Shown here piece after piece: positions 33,455-46,885 of a DNA stretch of 64,000 nucleotides. Location of the stretch: assembly GCA_951406725.2 (NCBI GenBank), contig OX597826.1, positions 79,236,001 through 79,300,000 on the forward strand. Direction: 5' to 3'. The notes under the pieces were generated by a model. That model had not been told where the DNA came from. It ran no database searches and saw only the letters and a program-made list of their open reading frames with translations. Every line of letters starts with the position of its first letter. Position 1 is the stretch's first letter. The position numbers and the translations under genes were made by a program. The DNA is from Octopus vulgaris. Taxonomy: Eukaryota.

Positions 33455-35442
33455 TTAACGTCCGTTTTCCATGCTAGGATGGGTTGGACGGTTCGACTCA
33501 GCATAATAAATAATAATTTAATGTTAATTAAATATATTCCATTATGTGAGAAACAAACATTAATATTTAATAATTAATGTTATAAAGTTTAATTAGGGGC
33601 TCAAATTTCGCCCCCTCCCCCAATTTTAAATCTTGAACTTTTTCATCCATTTATTTATTTGTCTGTCTTTCTATTTATCTCTGTCCGTTTATTCATAAAA
33701 TATATTCGTCAACTAAATGTGGTGGTCCTATAGAAGATGGTGTTACTGTTGTCTTTTTTTGACCCCTGGAAGACATATCTATCTGTCTCTTTACACACCT
33801 ATCTATATGCTTACACACCTGTCTATAAGCGTATACACCTATCTATATGCTTATTGAATTTAAAAGTTTCAAAATGTGGTTTCTGGCATATCCGAAATCA
33901 ACGTCATCTAAAACAAAAGGAAAAAAAAATTTCAAAAAAGTCCAAAATTTCAAATGAGAGTGAAGAGTGGTGGTGGTTGCGGGGGGTTAATTTTTTTTTT
34001 TTTTTTGGCATATTTGTAAATCAACGAATCTGAAAAAAAAAAAACTTTTAAAAAAAAATGCCTTTTCAAGGAGAGGTGTGAAACTGCACTAGCCCCGATG
34101 GCCTCACAAACATTTGATTGAGTTTTCAAATCAGTTATTAAACTGCATCGTTTATAGCTACAAATGTACATCTCTCTCTCTATATATAAACAGCAAAATG
34201 TCTGTGTGTGTGTGTGTGTGTGCATGTCCTTTATACAAATCCACAATTTTTCAGTTAGAGGGCTCGCACTTTCTATGGTCATTCATAACCGTCCAAGGGT
34301 GGTTGTGCACATCTTTACATTTCCCCAGTCACCTCGCAAAACCATTAAAAAATCAATAGAAGTGACGTTTTTGTGAATTTTCTATCCAAAGCCCAATCAA
34401 AATGACAGACGAAATACTGCTAAGCATTTCGTCTGGCGTGCTAACGTTTCTGCCAACTTGCCACCTTTGAAATACCTATTTCTTTACTACCCACAAGGGG
34501 CTAAACACAGAGAGGACAAACAAGGACAGACAAATGGATTAAATCGATTATATCAACCCCACTGTATAACTGGTACTTATTTAATCGACCCTGAAAGGAT
34601 GAAAGGCAAAGTCGACCTTGGTGGAATTTGAACTCAGAACGTAGCGGCAGACGAAATACCGCTAAGCATTTCACCCAGAAAAAAAAATTAGTGTTTGACC
34701 AATTCCTTGGGGCTAGATATAAGCAGCTACCTAGGCAGCTAGTTGTAATTTTCTTGTGCAGAAAATGGGTTGTTTCAGAAAAGAAAAAAAAACAGAAACT
34801 GATAATGGCACTTGAGTTACATTTGAAAGTAAGTGATGGTGCACAAAGAAAATCAATAAGGAGGCAAGCTGGCAGAATCGTGAGCACGTCGGGCGAAATG
34901 CTTAGCTGTATTTCATCTGCCGTTACATTTTGAGTTCTAATTCTGCCAAGGTCGGCTTTGCTTTTCATCCTTTCGGGGTCAATAAATTAAGTACCAGTTA
35001 CGCACTGGGAACGATGTAATCGACTTAATCTCTTTGTCTGTCCTTGATTGTCCTCTCTGTGTTTAGCCCCTTGTGGGTAGTAAAGAAATATGTATTTCGT
35101 CTGACGTTATGTTCTGAGTTCAAATTCCGCTGAGGTTGACTTTGCCTTTCATCCTTTTGGGGGTCGATTAAGTAAGTACCAGTTACGCACTGGAGTCGAT
35201 GTAATCGACTTAATCCGTTTGTCTGTCCTTGTTTGTCCCCTCTCTGTTTAAGCTTTGTCCATATATTAGAAAGGACCACCACCACCACCACCACCACCAC
35301 CACCATCATCATCACATTTTTACTATATAGATGTACATGGGTACACACACATGTACATATGCAGGCCAAAAAGACGTACATAAGTATTTATGCTTGTCTT
35401 TCTGTTTGCATGTCTATCTATCTATCTATCTATCTATATCTA

Positions 35443-35487
<45 letters not shown>

Positions 35488-35518
35488 ATCTATATCTATC
35501 TATCTGTCTGTCTATCTA

Positions 35519-35554
<36 letters not shown>

Positions 35555-35560
35555 TCTATC

Positions 35561-36230
35561 AAACGGGAAGGAAGAGCTATTTTCATCATCCTTGTGGCTA
35601 TGGCAAAAGAATGTATCTGGTGGACGCATCTGAAAGGATTGGAGACAAACACTTTCCTCTCTGGTCAACCTCTCATCAACTTTTTCAAGTACCACTTGAA
35701 AAGGAAAGTGAGTGTAGAGAGGCAAGTTTTGTTTAGCGAACGTTTTAAAAAAAGATGGGTGAATGTAGCAAGGATGGCACGTATGAATGACGAAGCCACC
35801 TTGAGCATAATCCTATGAACCCAGAAATTGAAAACAGAGGGTTACCCACTTGCAAACAAATGTGGTAACATATAACAATATTGACCAAGGTTACCGTGGT
35901 CTTTTTCGTAGGCTTTTCTTCCCACGGATAAACCTTACTTGCTTTCCCCTTTACACCATACATCATGACACTGTGATACACGATCCCTATTGATCGTTTA
36001 TTTTTCCTCTTCCCCTTTTTTCCTCTTTTGTCTTCTTTTTTCATTTTTCTTTTGGTCCTTTTCCCCTTTTTTTATCTCCTTTTTTTTCTTTTTTTCGTTC
36101 TTTTTTCCCTTTTACGATCCCTTTTGATCGAAAACCTACGCCATCTTTTTTTTTTTTCTTCCTCAAAAGAAAAGCTCTACCTTGTAACTTGTCCCATCTG
36201 TGTGCAGCCCTGTGTGGCCAATAAAGAAAC
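35561..36230 (+). mobile_element. 5'-truncated Tx1/L1-like LINE inside a (TATC)n tract
   Basis: ORF remnant AIFIILVAMAKECIWW...ERFKKRWV...* resembling a Tx1-type ORF2 C-terminus; pyrimidine-rich 3' UTR, AATAAAGAAA end, (TATC/TGTC)n on both sides. Confidence 0.6.
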
Positions 36231-36272
36231 TTATCTATCTGTATCTGTCTATCTATCTATCTATCTATCTTA

Positions 36273-36314
<42 letters not shown>

Positions 36315-36401
36315 GTCTGTCTGTCTGTCTATCTATCTATATGTCTGTCTGTCTGTCTGTCTGCCTGTCTGTCTATCTATCTACCTATCTATCTGTATCT
36401 A

Positions 36402-36448
<47 letters not shown>

Positions 36449-37580
36449 CTCTATGTCTGTTTGTCTCTGTATGTGTGGGGAGGTGGGGTGAATGTGTGTG
36501 TGCCATTTTGCTGGTACTATATCGTGTCACTTGTGCTGCAGGAAATATAACACCAAACTAATGTTTAGGAAAAGATAAGGAGAAGAGAAAACATGCTACA
36601 GAATTATTAAGGCTTGGAGTGGCTACTTTAAAAGCCATGATGAATCAATCTTACAAAATATAAGTGCCCAAGCAAAACTAAAGTGGGTGTGACACTTCTA
36701 AACTAAAATATGCACAATAACAATTGATGATACAGAGAAATTGCTAAATATATCGGTAGATAATGTCATGGCGTTACGCGTGACTTTCACAAGTCATTAT
36801 CTGGTAAGAGGTGTTAAATTTTGTTGATGACTTTCGGATCAGTTACATCCGTTTTTGATGACAGATCTTTAAGGAATTTTAATTTTGTTTTTTTTTACTT
36901 AGTTGAATACTATGACTAATGCCAAACACAAATTCACCGAAGATATTTGGACCGTGGGTGTGGGTGTGTGTCAAGAAGCTTGCTTTCCCACTAAATGGTT
37001 TCAGATTCAGTGCCATTGTGTGAGACCTCCTACAAGTGTCTTCTGCAATAGCCCCAGCCCGATCAAAGCATTTTGAATGAATCTGGTTGATGGAAGCTAA
37101 AAGGAGTGTGTCATTTATATACAGGCACAGGAGTGGCTCTGTGGTAAGTAGCTTGCTTACCAACCACATGGTTCCGGGTTCAGTCCCACTGCGTGGCATC
37201 TTGGGCAAGTATCTTCTGCTATAGCCTCGGGCCGACCAATGCCTTGTGAGTGGATTTGGTAGACGGAAACTGAAAGAAGCCCGTCGTATATATGTATATA
37301 TATGTGTGTGTTAGTGTGTCTGTGTTTGGCCCCCTAGCATTGCTTGACAAACGATGCTGGTGTGTTTACGTCCCCGTCACTTAGCGGTTCGGCTAAAGAG
37401 ACCGATAGAATAAGTACTGGGCTTACAAAAGAATAAGTCCTGGGGTTGACTTGCTCGATTAAAGGCGGTGCTCCAGCATGGCCGCAGTCAAATGACTGAA
37501 ACAAATAAAAGAGAAAAACCCGATCAAAGCATTTTGAATGAATCTGGTTGATGGAAGCTAAAAGGAGTGTGTCATTTATA

Positions 37581-38603
37581 TACATAGGGGTACTCAAAAG
37601 AAACCAGAATTTTGCTATATTATTTTATTCACTTAGTTTTACATGTTTACACTTTTATTGCCTTCAAAATATTCTCCATTTGAAGCAATGCATTTTTTCC
37701 ACTGTGTTTTCCACTGTTCGAAGCAGTGCTGGAACTCTTGCTAAGTAATGCCTTTTAACGCCTCCATCATCGCCTTTTCCACATTTGCAAACTCTGTAGC
37801 ACCAGCTCTCGTCGCCAGTGATGACCTTCGAAGAAAGATCTGGATCAACTCTGCAAACTCCGTAGCACCAGCTTTCGTGACCAATGATGACCTTCGAAGA
37901 AAGATCTGGATCAACTCTGCAAACTCTGTAGCACCAGCTTTCGTGACCAATGATGACCTTCAAAAAAAAGGTCCGGATCAACTTCCAACTGTTCTTTCAG
38001 TTCACGTCATGCATTCAGTCGTGACTGCTTTTGATCTTCTGTGAACAAGCGAGGCACAAATTTTGCTGCAACTTTTTTCGCAATTCCTCATTCAAAAATC
38101 GTCGGCAAGAGCTCCAGAATGCACCAGTCATATCAACAAGTTTGGCAATTGATCGTTGATGGTCCTCCAAGATCAGTTCATGAATTTTCCCGATGTTTTC
38201 ATTCATTCGGGAGGTCGACAGACATTCTGAACAAGGTTAGATCTCAAGTGACCATTCCTAAAGCGTGAAAACCACTCGTAAACTTGTGTTTTGCTCATAG
38301 CAGCGTCCTTGTAAGCTGTTAGAAGCATAACAACTGTTTCAAACAACATTTTGCCCACCAGAAAGCAAAATTTGACAGAAGCGTGCTGTTCCTTCACTTC
38401 AACCACCACAAAAATCGATGAACAGAGTAGAAGCACTGCAAAGCAAAGATGCACCACATGGCAGTAGGACTACACTCAACACTGCCAGTCGGCATACTGA
38501 TGCCTGAGGGTTGCATCAAGTGGTTTCTATCAGCAAAAGCCTGAACTACAATGGGCTTGTCCCCCAGAGAATGTTTCCGGTTACTTTTTGGTACCCCCTT
38601 GTA
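37581..38603 (-). mobile_element. Internally deleted mariner element
   Basis: TIRs TACATAGGGGTACTCAAAAG / CTTTTTGGTACCCCCTTGTA; transposase remnants VKFCFLVGK..MSKTQVYEWFSRFRNG, HTH segment, VITGDESWCY, CFEQWKTQWKKCIASNGEYFEG. Confidence 0.9.
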
Positions 38604-39310
38604 GCCTTGTACAAATTGAGTAGAACATGAGATTTATTGCCTTCTGATAAAGAAACCATTACTTGTGAAGGCAGTAAGGGGTTAGTAGAACTTCAAGAGT
38701 AGCAAAGAAGGGGCTTCTCTATAACTTTTCTTGAAACTGAAAAACTTTTGTGAAATAATTCGTGCTTTAGAGCGTCTTTCAGAAGACAAATTATGAATAA
38801 GGCACAGAAGTCAAAATATCTGTAATTGTGGCAAAAACTGGAAGTTTGTAAGAAAGTCAACACTTAATTACATACTCCCACACTCAGAGAAGGAGAGGGA
38901 AAGAGAGTGATGATAAGTTATTCATATATTAAAATGTATTTATACATCACTATGCACTTACAAATTTCAGCACCCAAACCTTGTCCCCTTTTCCTTGTTT
39001 CTTTCTTGTGAACACAAGATACCCACCCACCCAGACACTGCCGGAAGTTGTTGTTGAACTTGTTGGCAAACAACAGCAGTAATTGTATTCACCTCAATAG
39101 ACGTCATTGATTGGTTGAAATTGCCGAAATGCAAGAAATTTAACAACAAATAGCTTACAAACTACATAATTTTCTCAAGAATGCCAAGAGAAAAAGATGT
39201 TTTATGTGACACATTCTACCAGTATACCAAGTTTAAAAGTGTTTAGTTACAAAGAAATTATTTTAAAAATCTGCCGGTCAAAGCGAAAAGATCCGAAGAA
39301 GAAAAAGAAG

Positions 39311-39483
39311 ATTGAAAAATACCTTAGGAATGAGAACCCAAGTTCGAAATTTCCCCAAGACACCCAGTGAAGGCCAGAGGGTATATCAGCCGAAACATTG
39401 TGTTAGCAATAAACAAGATGAGGACAAATATCAGTGAAATGTAAATAATGTACATAATTCTTCATTCTTTAAATATAGAACTG
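39311..39483 (+). mobile_element. Second, headless copy of the hammerhead-containing tail
   Basis: Closely matches the reverse complement of 23724-23895; GACAC-CCAGTGA-A-GGCCA..CAGCC-GAAACATT-GTGTT. Confidence 0.75.
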
Positions 39484-40139
39484 AAAGATTAAAGATTGTA
39501 ATGGAAAGTAAAAAAAGAAAGATACTCCTGTTCTTGCAACGATAATATTTCATGTAGAATCAACGATCATTTATTAGTCATTGTAATAACAGCACAAGAA
39601 AGCCAAATGCTTTCAATTCTGTCAGAATACAAGCAGCCCTCATAAAACCCTTCTGTGATCCAAGTGTCCCGCAATGTAATTCGGGTTGGTCAGGCCTGGA
39701 CTAAACCCTTCAGGGTTTTGCGCAGCGTAGCCAGAGTCCATAAAAGCACATTTCATTAAATAATTTAGAACTTAACCCGAATGACAATTATGTTTTATCG
39801 CTGTTGTGTTAGCGAAAGAAAAAAAGACGATGTATTTGTGTTGTAATAGCAAAATTTATTAACCCACTAACGTCAGGAGTGAAAACAAAAACTTCCATGA
39901 CTTGCTCCGGGCGTTGAAAGACGCCCTCATACATACATTATGACAAGGCACAATGAACATTTTATATTGTTTGAAATATTTTCTCATGGACATTTTTATG
40001 AATCTGAACTCTCTCCCACATTCAGTTATTATTTAACTGAATGTTTCATTACAAACTGCTATTATTTCTCTTGACTGGTTGGTGTAGGTTTGCAAACGGT
40101 CATGGCGTATGTCTGTGCATTCAGCCATTTTATACTATA

Positions 40140-40530
40140 CTAGCAGTATCGCCCGACGTTGCTCAGGTTTGTAAGGGAAATAACTATATAAGCATTTTTA
40201 GAGAGTTATAGCCAAAAAATTAGCAAAAAAATGCATTAAAAATGGAAAAAAAAATTATGGTAAATTTTTTTAAAAATCGTTGACTCATCGTAGACATTTT
40301 TAGAGAGTTACTTCCCTTATATAATAGCGAAAAAAAATGCATTAAAATGGAAAAAAATGATGGTAAATTTTTTTTTAAATCGTAGACTCATCGTAGACGC
40401 GCGCTAATACCCAGAAGGGCTCGATATGAATCATGACTATAAGATAAACTGCACCGCAAAATGTGGGAGTAGTTAGGAATCTAAATCGTAGGAGACAGAC
40501 AGCACACAACTTCTCTTTTATATATAAAGA
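40140..40530 (-). mobile_element. Non-autonomous Helitron
   Basis: Minus strand A|TCTTTATATAT start, subterminal hairpin CCTGAGCAACGTCGGG, CTAG|T end; internal ~100-bp duplication. Confidence 0.75.
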
Positions 40531-42452
40531 TAAAAGATAAATTGTATGTTGCCATTTTTATACTGTGATAACTCTATATGTTCGAATTGTTTGTTTTGAT
40601 AGGATCAGTTGTGACCGACATGTCTGTTTATATCAGAATTAAGTGACATTTCTTAGAGGATACCATTTCGTTAATCCTCTCCAAATCTCTGGAACTATCA
40701 ACTTTTTATTGGTTCACGTTACAGCGTGCGTGTAGTATAAACTAAAAGAAAATATATTTGGTATTTTACACTTGTTAAACATTCACACATTTCTGTAGAT
40801 TAACTGCCAGGATTACGTCATGGTTTGATACATAATATAAGCTTATTAAAAAAAAATTCCCCTCACTCTTTAGCCAAAAAAAAAAAGATAAAAAATGGTG
40901 TCAAGTGATATACGATTATTGCTACGAATAAAACACATTTTTATTGCTATGAATAAAATACAATTCCAGGAGAAAAGGGCGTAATAATATTATTTAGGAG
41001 GGCGTACTTCTTTTCTTGAGGGGGGAACGTGAAATTACTGATTGGTTGAAATTACCGAAATAGGACAACTTTAACGTGAAATAACTTCATAAATATAAGT
41101 TTTTCTCAAAAATGCTAAGAGCAAAAGATGTTTTATATGACACATTCTACCACTGTCTGAAGCTTGAAAGTGTTTAGTTACAAAAAATTATTTTTTAAAT
41201 CTGTAGGTCAAAAGGTAAAAGATCCCTCACTACAACTCTTTCTCATTTTGCTCCATGTTCACGTTTTTCCTTCACATATTTAGACTGAGCTTCGACCTCA
41301 TCGATCTTACTAGTTTGGGGCAAATCTAATGAATGTGTGATCCATTGATTTATTCCAATTACTAATATTTATCGTAGACGATACATATGTGCCCCATCAC
41401 AAAATATGTGACACTGGGGTCAAATAATAAATTATCATTATTAATATTATCCAAAGCGATGAGTTGACAGAATCATTCGTACGCTGAGCAAAATACTTAG
41501 CGGCATTTCGTCCCTATTTACGTTCTGAGTTAAAATTCCGCCGCGGTTGATCTGGCCTTTCATCCTTTAGGGGTCGATAAAATAAGTACTAGTTGAGCTT
41601 TGGGGTCAATACAACAGACTTAGTCCCCACCCTCTAGAAATTGCTGGCCTTGTGCCAAAATTTGAAGCCAATATTCTCCAAAGGCGGCTAGCTGGCAGAG
41701 TTGTTAGCACGTCGGACAAAATACTTAGCGGCATTTTTTCCGGCTTTACGTCCTGTGTTCAAGTTCCACCAAGGTCGACTTTGCTTTTCATCCTTCTGGA
41801 ATCGCTGAAATAAATACCAGTCAAGCGCTGGTATCAATGTAATCGACTAGCCCATCCCGCCCCCAGACTTCAGGCTTTGTGCCTATAGTAGGAAGGATTA
41901 TTAATATCTATTATCTAATTTAATCGGTTCAAATATGTTGTAGTGCATCCGAGCACTGCTTACAAGTTTGTTATGTGTCAAACTAACTCTATATTATTCT
42001 CCTTCTGTGTACCACGAGCCATCCCTTCGCTCACCTCCTTCTGATCATCCATGTTTTTTTCTCTTCAGATAACAATTAAAACAAGATAAAGCTGAAATTT
42101 CAGGCAGGAGGCCTGAAATTTATGGGGGCGGGCATAAGTCGACTGGTAGTTATTTTAACGGCTCCGGAAGGACAAAGGGTAAAATTGACCTCGACGGAAT
42201 TTCAACTTGGAATGTAAAACCGGATGAAATGACTCAAAGCATTTTGTCCGGCATACTCACTGCCCCGCTGAACATATTAATTGGAAAGACCTCATTCATC
42301 AGTGTCTGTGGAAGCTATACCACTTTTTCTTTCTTCTTGGACTAAATTTAAAGAATTGAAATACTGGTAACATATTAGAATTCAGTAAATCCAAAAAGAC
42401 ATTCTTGTAATTAAGAAAAAAAAAATGTATTATTAAAACTGTGTCTTCTATA

Positions 42453-42781
42453 TTTAATTTTGTCTTTAGACTTGGCTTCTAATACGAAGGGATTTATTTT
42501 AAACAGCACCTCCTTTTTTCTTCTATGGAAACAAATAAATACAAGTAATATACTTGTGTTCAACCAACAACAACAACAAAAAAGCACATTTGTATCTTTT
42601 AAATTTAATTTTGTCTTTAAACTTGGCTTCTAAGACGAAGGGATTTATTTTAAACAGTTCCCACTTTTTTATATCCGGAAACAAATAAATACAAGTAATA
42701 TACTTGTGTTTAAACCCCACCGCCAAAAAAAAAAGTACATTTGTATCTTTTAAACTTAATTTTGTCTTTAAACTTGGCCTA
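42453..42781. repeat. ~151-bp tandem repeat, ~2.2 copies
   Basis: Units start near 42453, 42604 and 42755. Confidence 0.8.
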
Positions 42782-42799
42782 TACCAGGATGTAATTAAC

Positions 42800-42903
42800 T
42801 GTGAAACTCACCTAAAGACAAGGTATTAATAAAGTATTTAAGTCTCCGTGTGGAGTGACGTCCCTTGTTACTGCCGCTCTCCACCGAAAGCTGTCAATTA
42901 CAG
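42800..42903 (+). promoter_or_regulatory. Possible promoter / non-coding first exon of the second gene
   Basis: Locally CpG-rich, TGACGT CRE-like site near 42856, possible donor CAG|GTTAAT at 42903/4, about 190 nt before the 43098 acceptor. Confidence 0.3.
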
Positions 42904-43097
42904 GTTAATGTTGTTATTAAACAGTTATATATATATATACAAATAAAGTGTATATATATATATATATGTATATATTTACATGAATATAATCTCACACGCT
43001 GTGGCAAGCACTGTCTATTTATTTATTTATATATACATGTAGCTATATATTTGCTTATTCGCTTTCGAAAGCCTTTTTTTCCCCTCTTCCTCGCCAG

Positions 43098-43411
43098 AGT
43101 TTGTCTCGGTGTCGTCTACAGAAACTCTCATGGATCCTCGAGATAATTCCGATTTATACGATGGTGGAACGGTTAGTGTATCTACTGGGGCCAGTCGGTC
43201 GACCACTGGTGCCAGTAGTGAATCAGTGTCCACTTCGGACCGTTCCATGCCTCAGCAGTCTCCGAGTACCAGCTCAAAGGAGAGTGCTGGTTCGCCTTCC
43301 AAGTCACTCTGTTCCTCTACGTCCACATCTTCGGAAAATGTCCCGGCAGCGACCACCGCAAACGTTGCTCACAGCGCTGTTTTATCAACTTCGGAACCTG
43401 CCACTGTCAAG
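43098..43411 (+). CDS. Ser/Thr-rich exon of an unidentified second gene (ATG at 43130: MDPRDNSDLYDGG...SEPATVK)
   Basis: Strong pyrimidine tract + cag acceptor (43096-97), consensus donor AAG|GTAAGT, GC/CpG-rich unique sequence, open frame ending in phase 0. Confidence 0.7.
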
Positions 43412-44849
43412 GTAAGTGACATCTATATATATATACACACAGTACACACACACACACAAATGGGTATTTATTCTGACTCGGGCAATTATGTGTATATACT
43501 CCAGGGGGTAACGAATTCGAAGAATCTCTATCTGTCACTAAGAATAAAAAACTCCAAGAATAAACCTTAGAGTGAATAAACATTTAATCCATAATCGTTA
43601 GTTTGACAAATATATTTTTGGTACTCGTATCGCAGTACCTATATTTTCTAGAAATAACGGTTTTGGATTATATATATATACATACATACACATACTCCCA
43701 CTTAGATACACATCGTAACATTGACTTGTTTAATAGACAATTATATTAAGAAAGTGTATAAAGTTATTAAGATTTTTATTTTGTATAATTCATTTGGGAA
43801 GTATATCCGTATCGTGGCATTGCGTATAAATTTGTGTACGCAAGCATAAACTGTATAAACACACACACACACACTCGTGTGTGTGTGTGTGTGACATAAA
43901 CATGTGTGCGCTTCTCCCTCCGTTCCAAATTTCAAGTTTCATTTTGTAGATATATGTACAATGTGTCAACTCACACACACACACACATCAGAGATCATAC
44001 AGTCTGCCCTTCACTCTGAGAGCAAAACACCGTTTCTAGTCGAAGTAATAACTCCCTAAACATTTTTTCCATCCTGTTTTCCCTCTGGCAACTATGCTTG
44101 AGGGTCGCCCACCTCTGCTGCTTATTAGATCATATAAAGATCAAAATCTATCGATCACTTCTAAAGTACTGTCCAGGCATTTGGTAAAAAAAATCTATTT
44201 CACGTGTTCTCTTAGTATTTATTGCTCTTGTAAATCTGTTGCCCCATTAGTCTACCTGTGATCCCTCTGCACTTCAAGTGTGCTCATAGTTTACTCTAGA
44301 TACATTGTACGGGGTCCTTTTCTGACCATTTCCCTGATGATAGCAGGATACCACTTTACCATCATCTTTCCTCGTCCGCAAAATTTAGTCATTGCTAAGT
44401 TTACTTCTATAAGTATACGGTCTCCCCTTTCTCTCTTTATGTATAAATATCAAATCCAAAGGATGCTAAAAAGAACAATACCCCATTTTTTTCTCTCCTT
44501 CATGTATATAAACACACACACACACAAATACACGTTTATGTGTGTGTGTGTGTGTGTATAGGTAGGTGGAATTTCATCTCTAAATGTGCTAAATTATCTA
44601 CAAGAGCCAGGTCATCTGTTTATAGGAGGAGGACTATAATAAACAGGAGGAAGATGAGGAGTGAGCCTATTGTGACCCCCGACTCTCTACCTGTTGGCTA
44701 AATTCATCTCTGCAGTCATTTCTTGTAGACTGCACTGCTGTACATAGCTTGCACAGCCCTTGTTAGCCATTCAGCTGTCAGTAATTTTTTTTTGTGATAA
44801 CCAGATTACAGATTCTGGAATCCTATCAGAACCCTTTTCCAGGACAATG

Positions 44850-46740
44850 AATGCCAAGTACGATGGCTTATCGCTAGCCAAGTACTTCTGCAAAGGTTTC
44901 TGTTGGAAGAGTGTATCAGTAAACCTTGGAATAGTTTAAAACTCCAGCATTTTGAGGCTTTTCTGCAAATTTGTTGTTACCTGGTGCAGTGCATCCCACC
45001 CTATGTTATAGTTACAAATGAAAGCCTTGTAGCCAAGATACAAGGGCTGCAAGTTCCTCAGTTCACCGTTTTCTCCACATTTTTTTAAAACTAGACATGG
45101 ACAGCTGAGCCTTACAACACTGAACAACTTTTGTTCCCTGTGCCAAAAAATAAACCCGAAGGCTGTTGTGTTTGCACTGGAATTGCAATTTTTATTGTAA
45201 AGCTCCTCTTGTATTCCTTACTTTTAAGGTGTGGATACATACTGGTTCTGGTGGTCTTTCGTATGGCTGTCAGGACAATCCTTCTTGCAGTTAGCATTGT
45301 AAATTGTTTTGATAACAATGTCACATCTCATGGAAAGATAATTCCTTGCAGACATTCTTCGACTGTTGCATATGTGAGGGCTTCCACACTGACATGGCAA
45401 TTCGACATTTTCTTTCACAAGTTGAAGACTTCCTTGGCCCTCTTATTTAGTAGTTGGTTCCAGTTGATCCGAATCAACGGAACAGCCTGCTCGTGAAATT
45501 AATGTGCAAGTGGCTGAGCACTTAACAGACACGTGTACCCTTAACTTAGTTCTCAGGGAGATTCAGCGTGACACAGAGAGTGACAAGGCCGGCCCTTTGG
45601 AATTTAGGGACAATAGAAGCAGGAAGAAAGAGTGAGAGAAAGTTGTGGTGAAAGAGTACTGCAGGGTTGGTCACCATCCCCTGCTGGAGCCTCGTGGAGC
45701 CTTTAAGTGTTTTCACTCAATAAACACTCACAATGCCCGGTCTGGGAATTGAAACCACAATCCTACGACCACGAGTCTGCTGCCCTAACCACTGGGCCAT
45801 TGTGCCTTCAACTGATGACATATTCTCTTGATGTCAAAATATTACTTGAACACAAGGTGGTAAGATGGCAGCATTGTTGGCCCCCCTGGTAAAATGCTTG
45901 GCAGCTTTTCATCCATCCTTACATTCTGAGTTCAAATTATGCTGAGGTTAATTTTGCTTTTGGTCTTTATGGGGTTATGATAAATTAAGAACCAGCCAAA
46001 TACTGGAGGCAGTGTAATTGACTTAACCCTCCTCTGCGAAACTGATGACTGTGTGCCAAAATTTGAAACCAATATCACATGAACACATGTAGCTTAAGGT
46101 CATAGACCAGTGGTTGTCAACCAGGGTTCCGCAGAACCTTAGGGTTCCGCCAGTACAGTCCAGGGGTTCCGCAAGAAGTTACAAAACTGCTAAAATCGGC
46201 AGTAATTTTAAATTCTCCTGTGCAGATATGTGTGGATATAAGACTATTAAATTATTGCACAGGGGTTCCTCGAGCCAGTGGAATGTTTCCTTGGGGTTCC
46301 ACTCCAGCAAAAAGTTTGAAAAGCACTGTCATAGACAGAATGGATGATATTATTTTCTCCCCAGTCAATCTGAACATGTTGCTTTAGCATTCTTTCAAAT
46401 GCTGACAAAGTATTCAGTGTTAGAATGAACAGTGTTACAGATAAGCTGTCACCTGGAATATTGCCATTGATCACCTTGATTCCGATAGTGGCTTCAGTTC
46501 TTCTTGATAAGTGTATGAACCATCTTGTCAGTATTTTAACCGCATTGACTATAGCAGATGGAACAATGGCAAAGCACAATGGCTCTGGTATCCCCGGATG
46601 AAAGACAAAGTCAAACACCTTCTTATAGCCTAACCATTCAGTCAACAGACTTTTGAGATACTTTTCTGCTTCCTTGAGGATTTTGTTTTGTTCAGGAGGA
46701 GCTGTTCTGCACAGCCCAGACTCCTTTCTCTCCTCTGCCT
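44850..46740 (-). mobile_element. Fragmented non-LTR retrotransposon relic (R4/Dong- or NeSL-like), split by SINEs and a MITE
   Basis: RT remnants WLGYKKVFDFVFH (cf. DYxKAFDSVxH) and GNIPGDSLSVTLFILTLNTLS (cf. GIxQGDSLSxxLFxLxLNPLS). Confidence 0.6.
46108..46328. mobile_element. hAT MITE
   Basis: CAGTGGTTGTCAACC...GTTTGAAAAGCACTG, perfect 8-bp TSD TCATAGAC; similar element at 57483-57713. Confidence 0.85.
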
Positions 46741-46851
46741 AGTCATCATTCACCATTTTTTTAAGCGATGGTGTGTGTGTGTGGGGTGACAAACACAGAT
46801 GCACAAGCATATACATACATACATACATACATACATACATACATACATACA

Positions 46852-46885
<34 letters not shown>

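Noticed and set aside
35233-36561. Long (YLSI)n ORFs
   Set aside because: Translations of TATC microsatellites; only 35561-35818 looks like a LINE remnant
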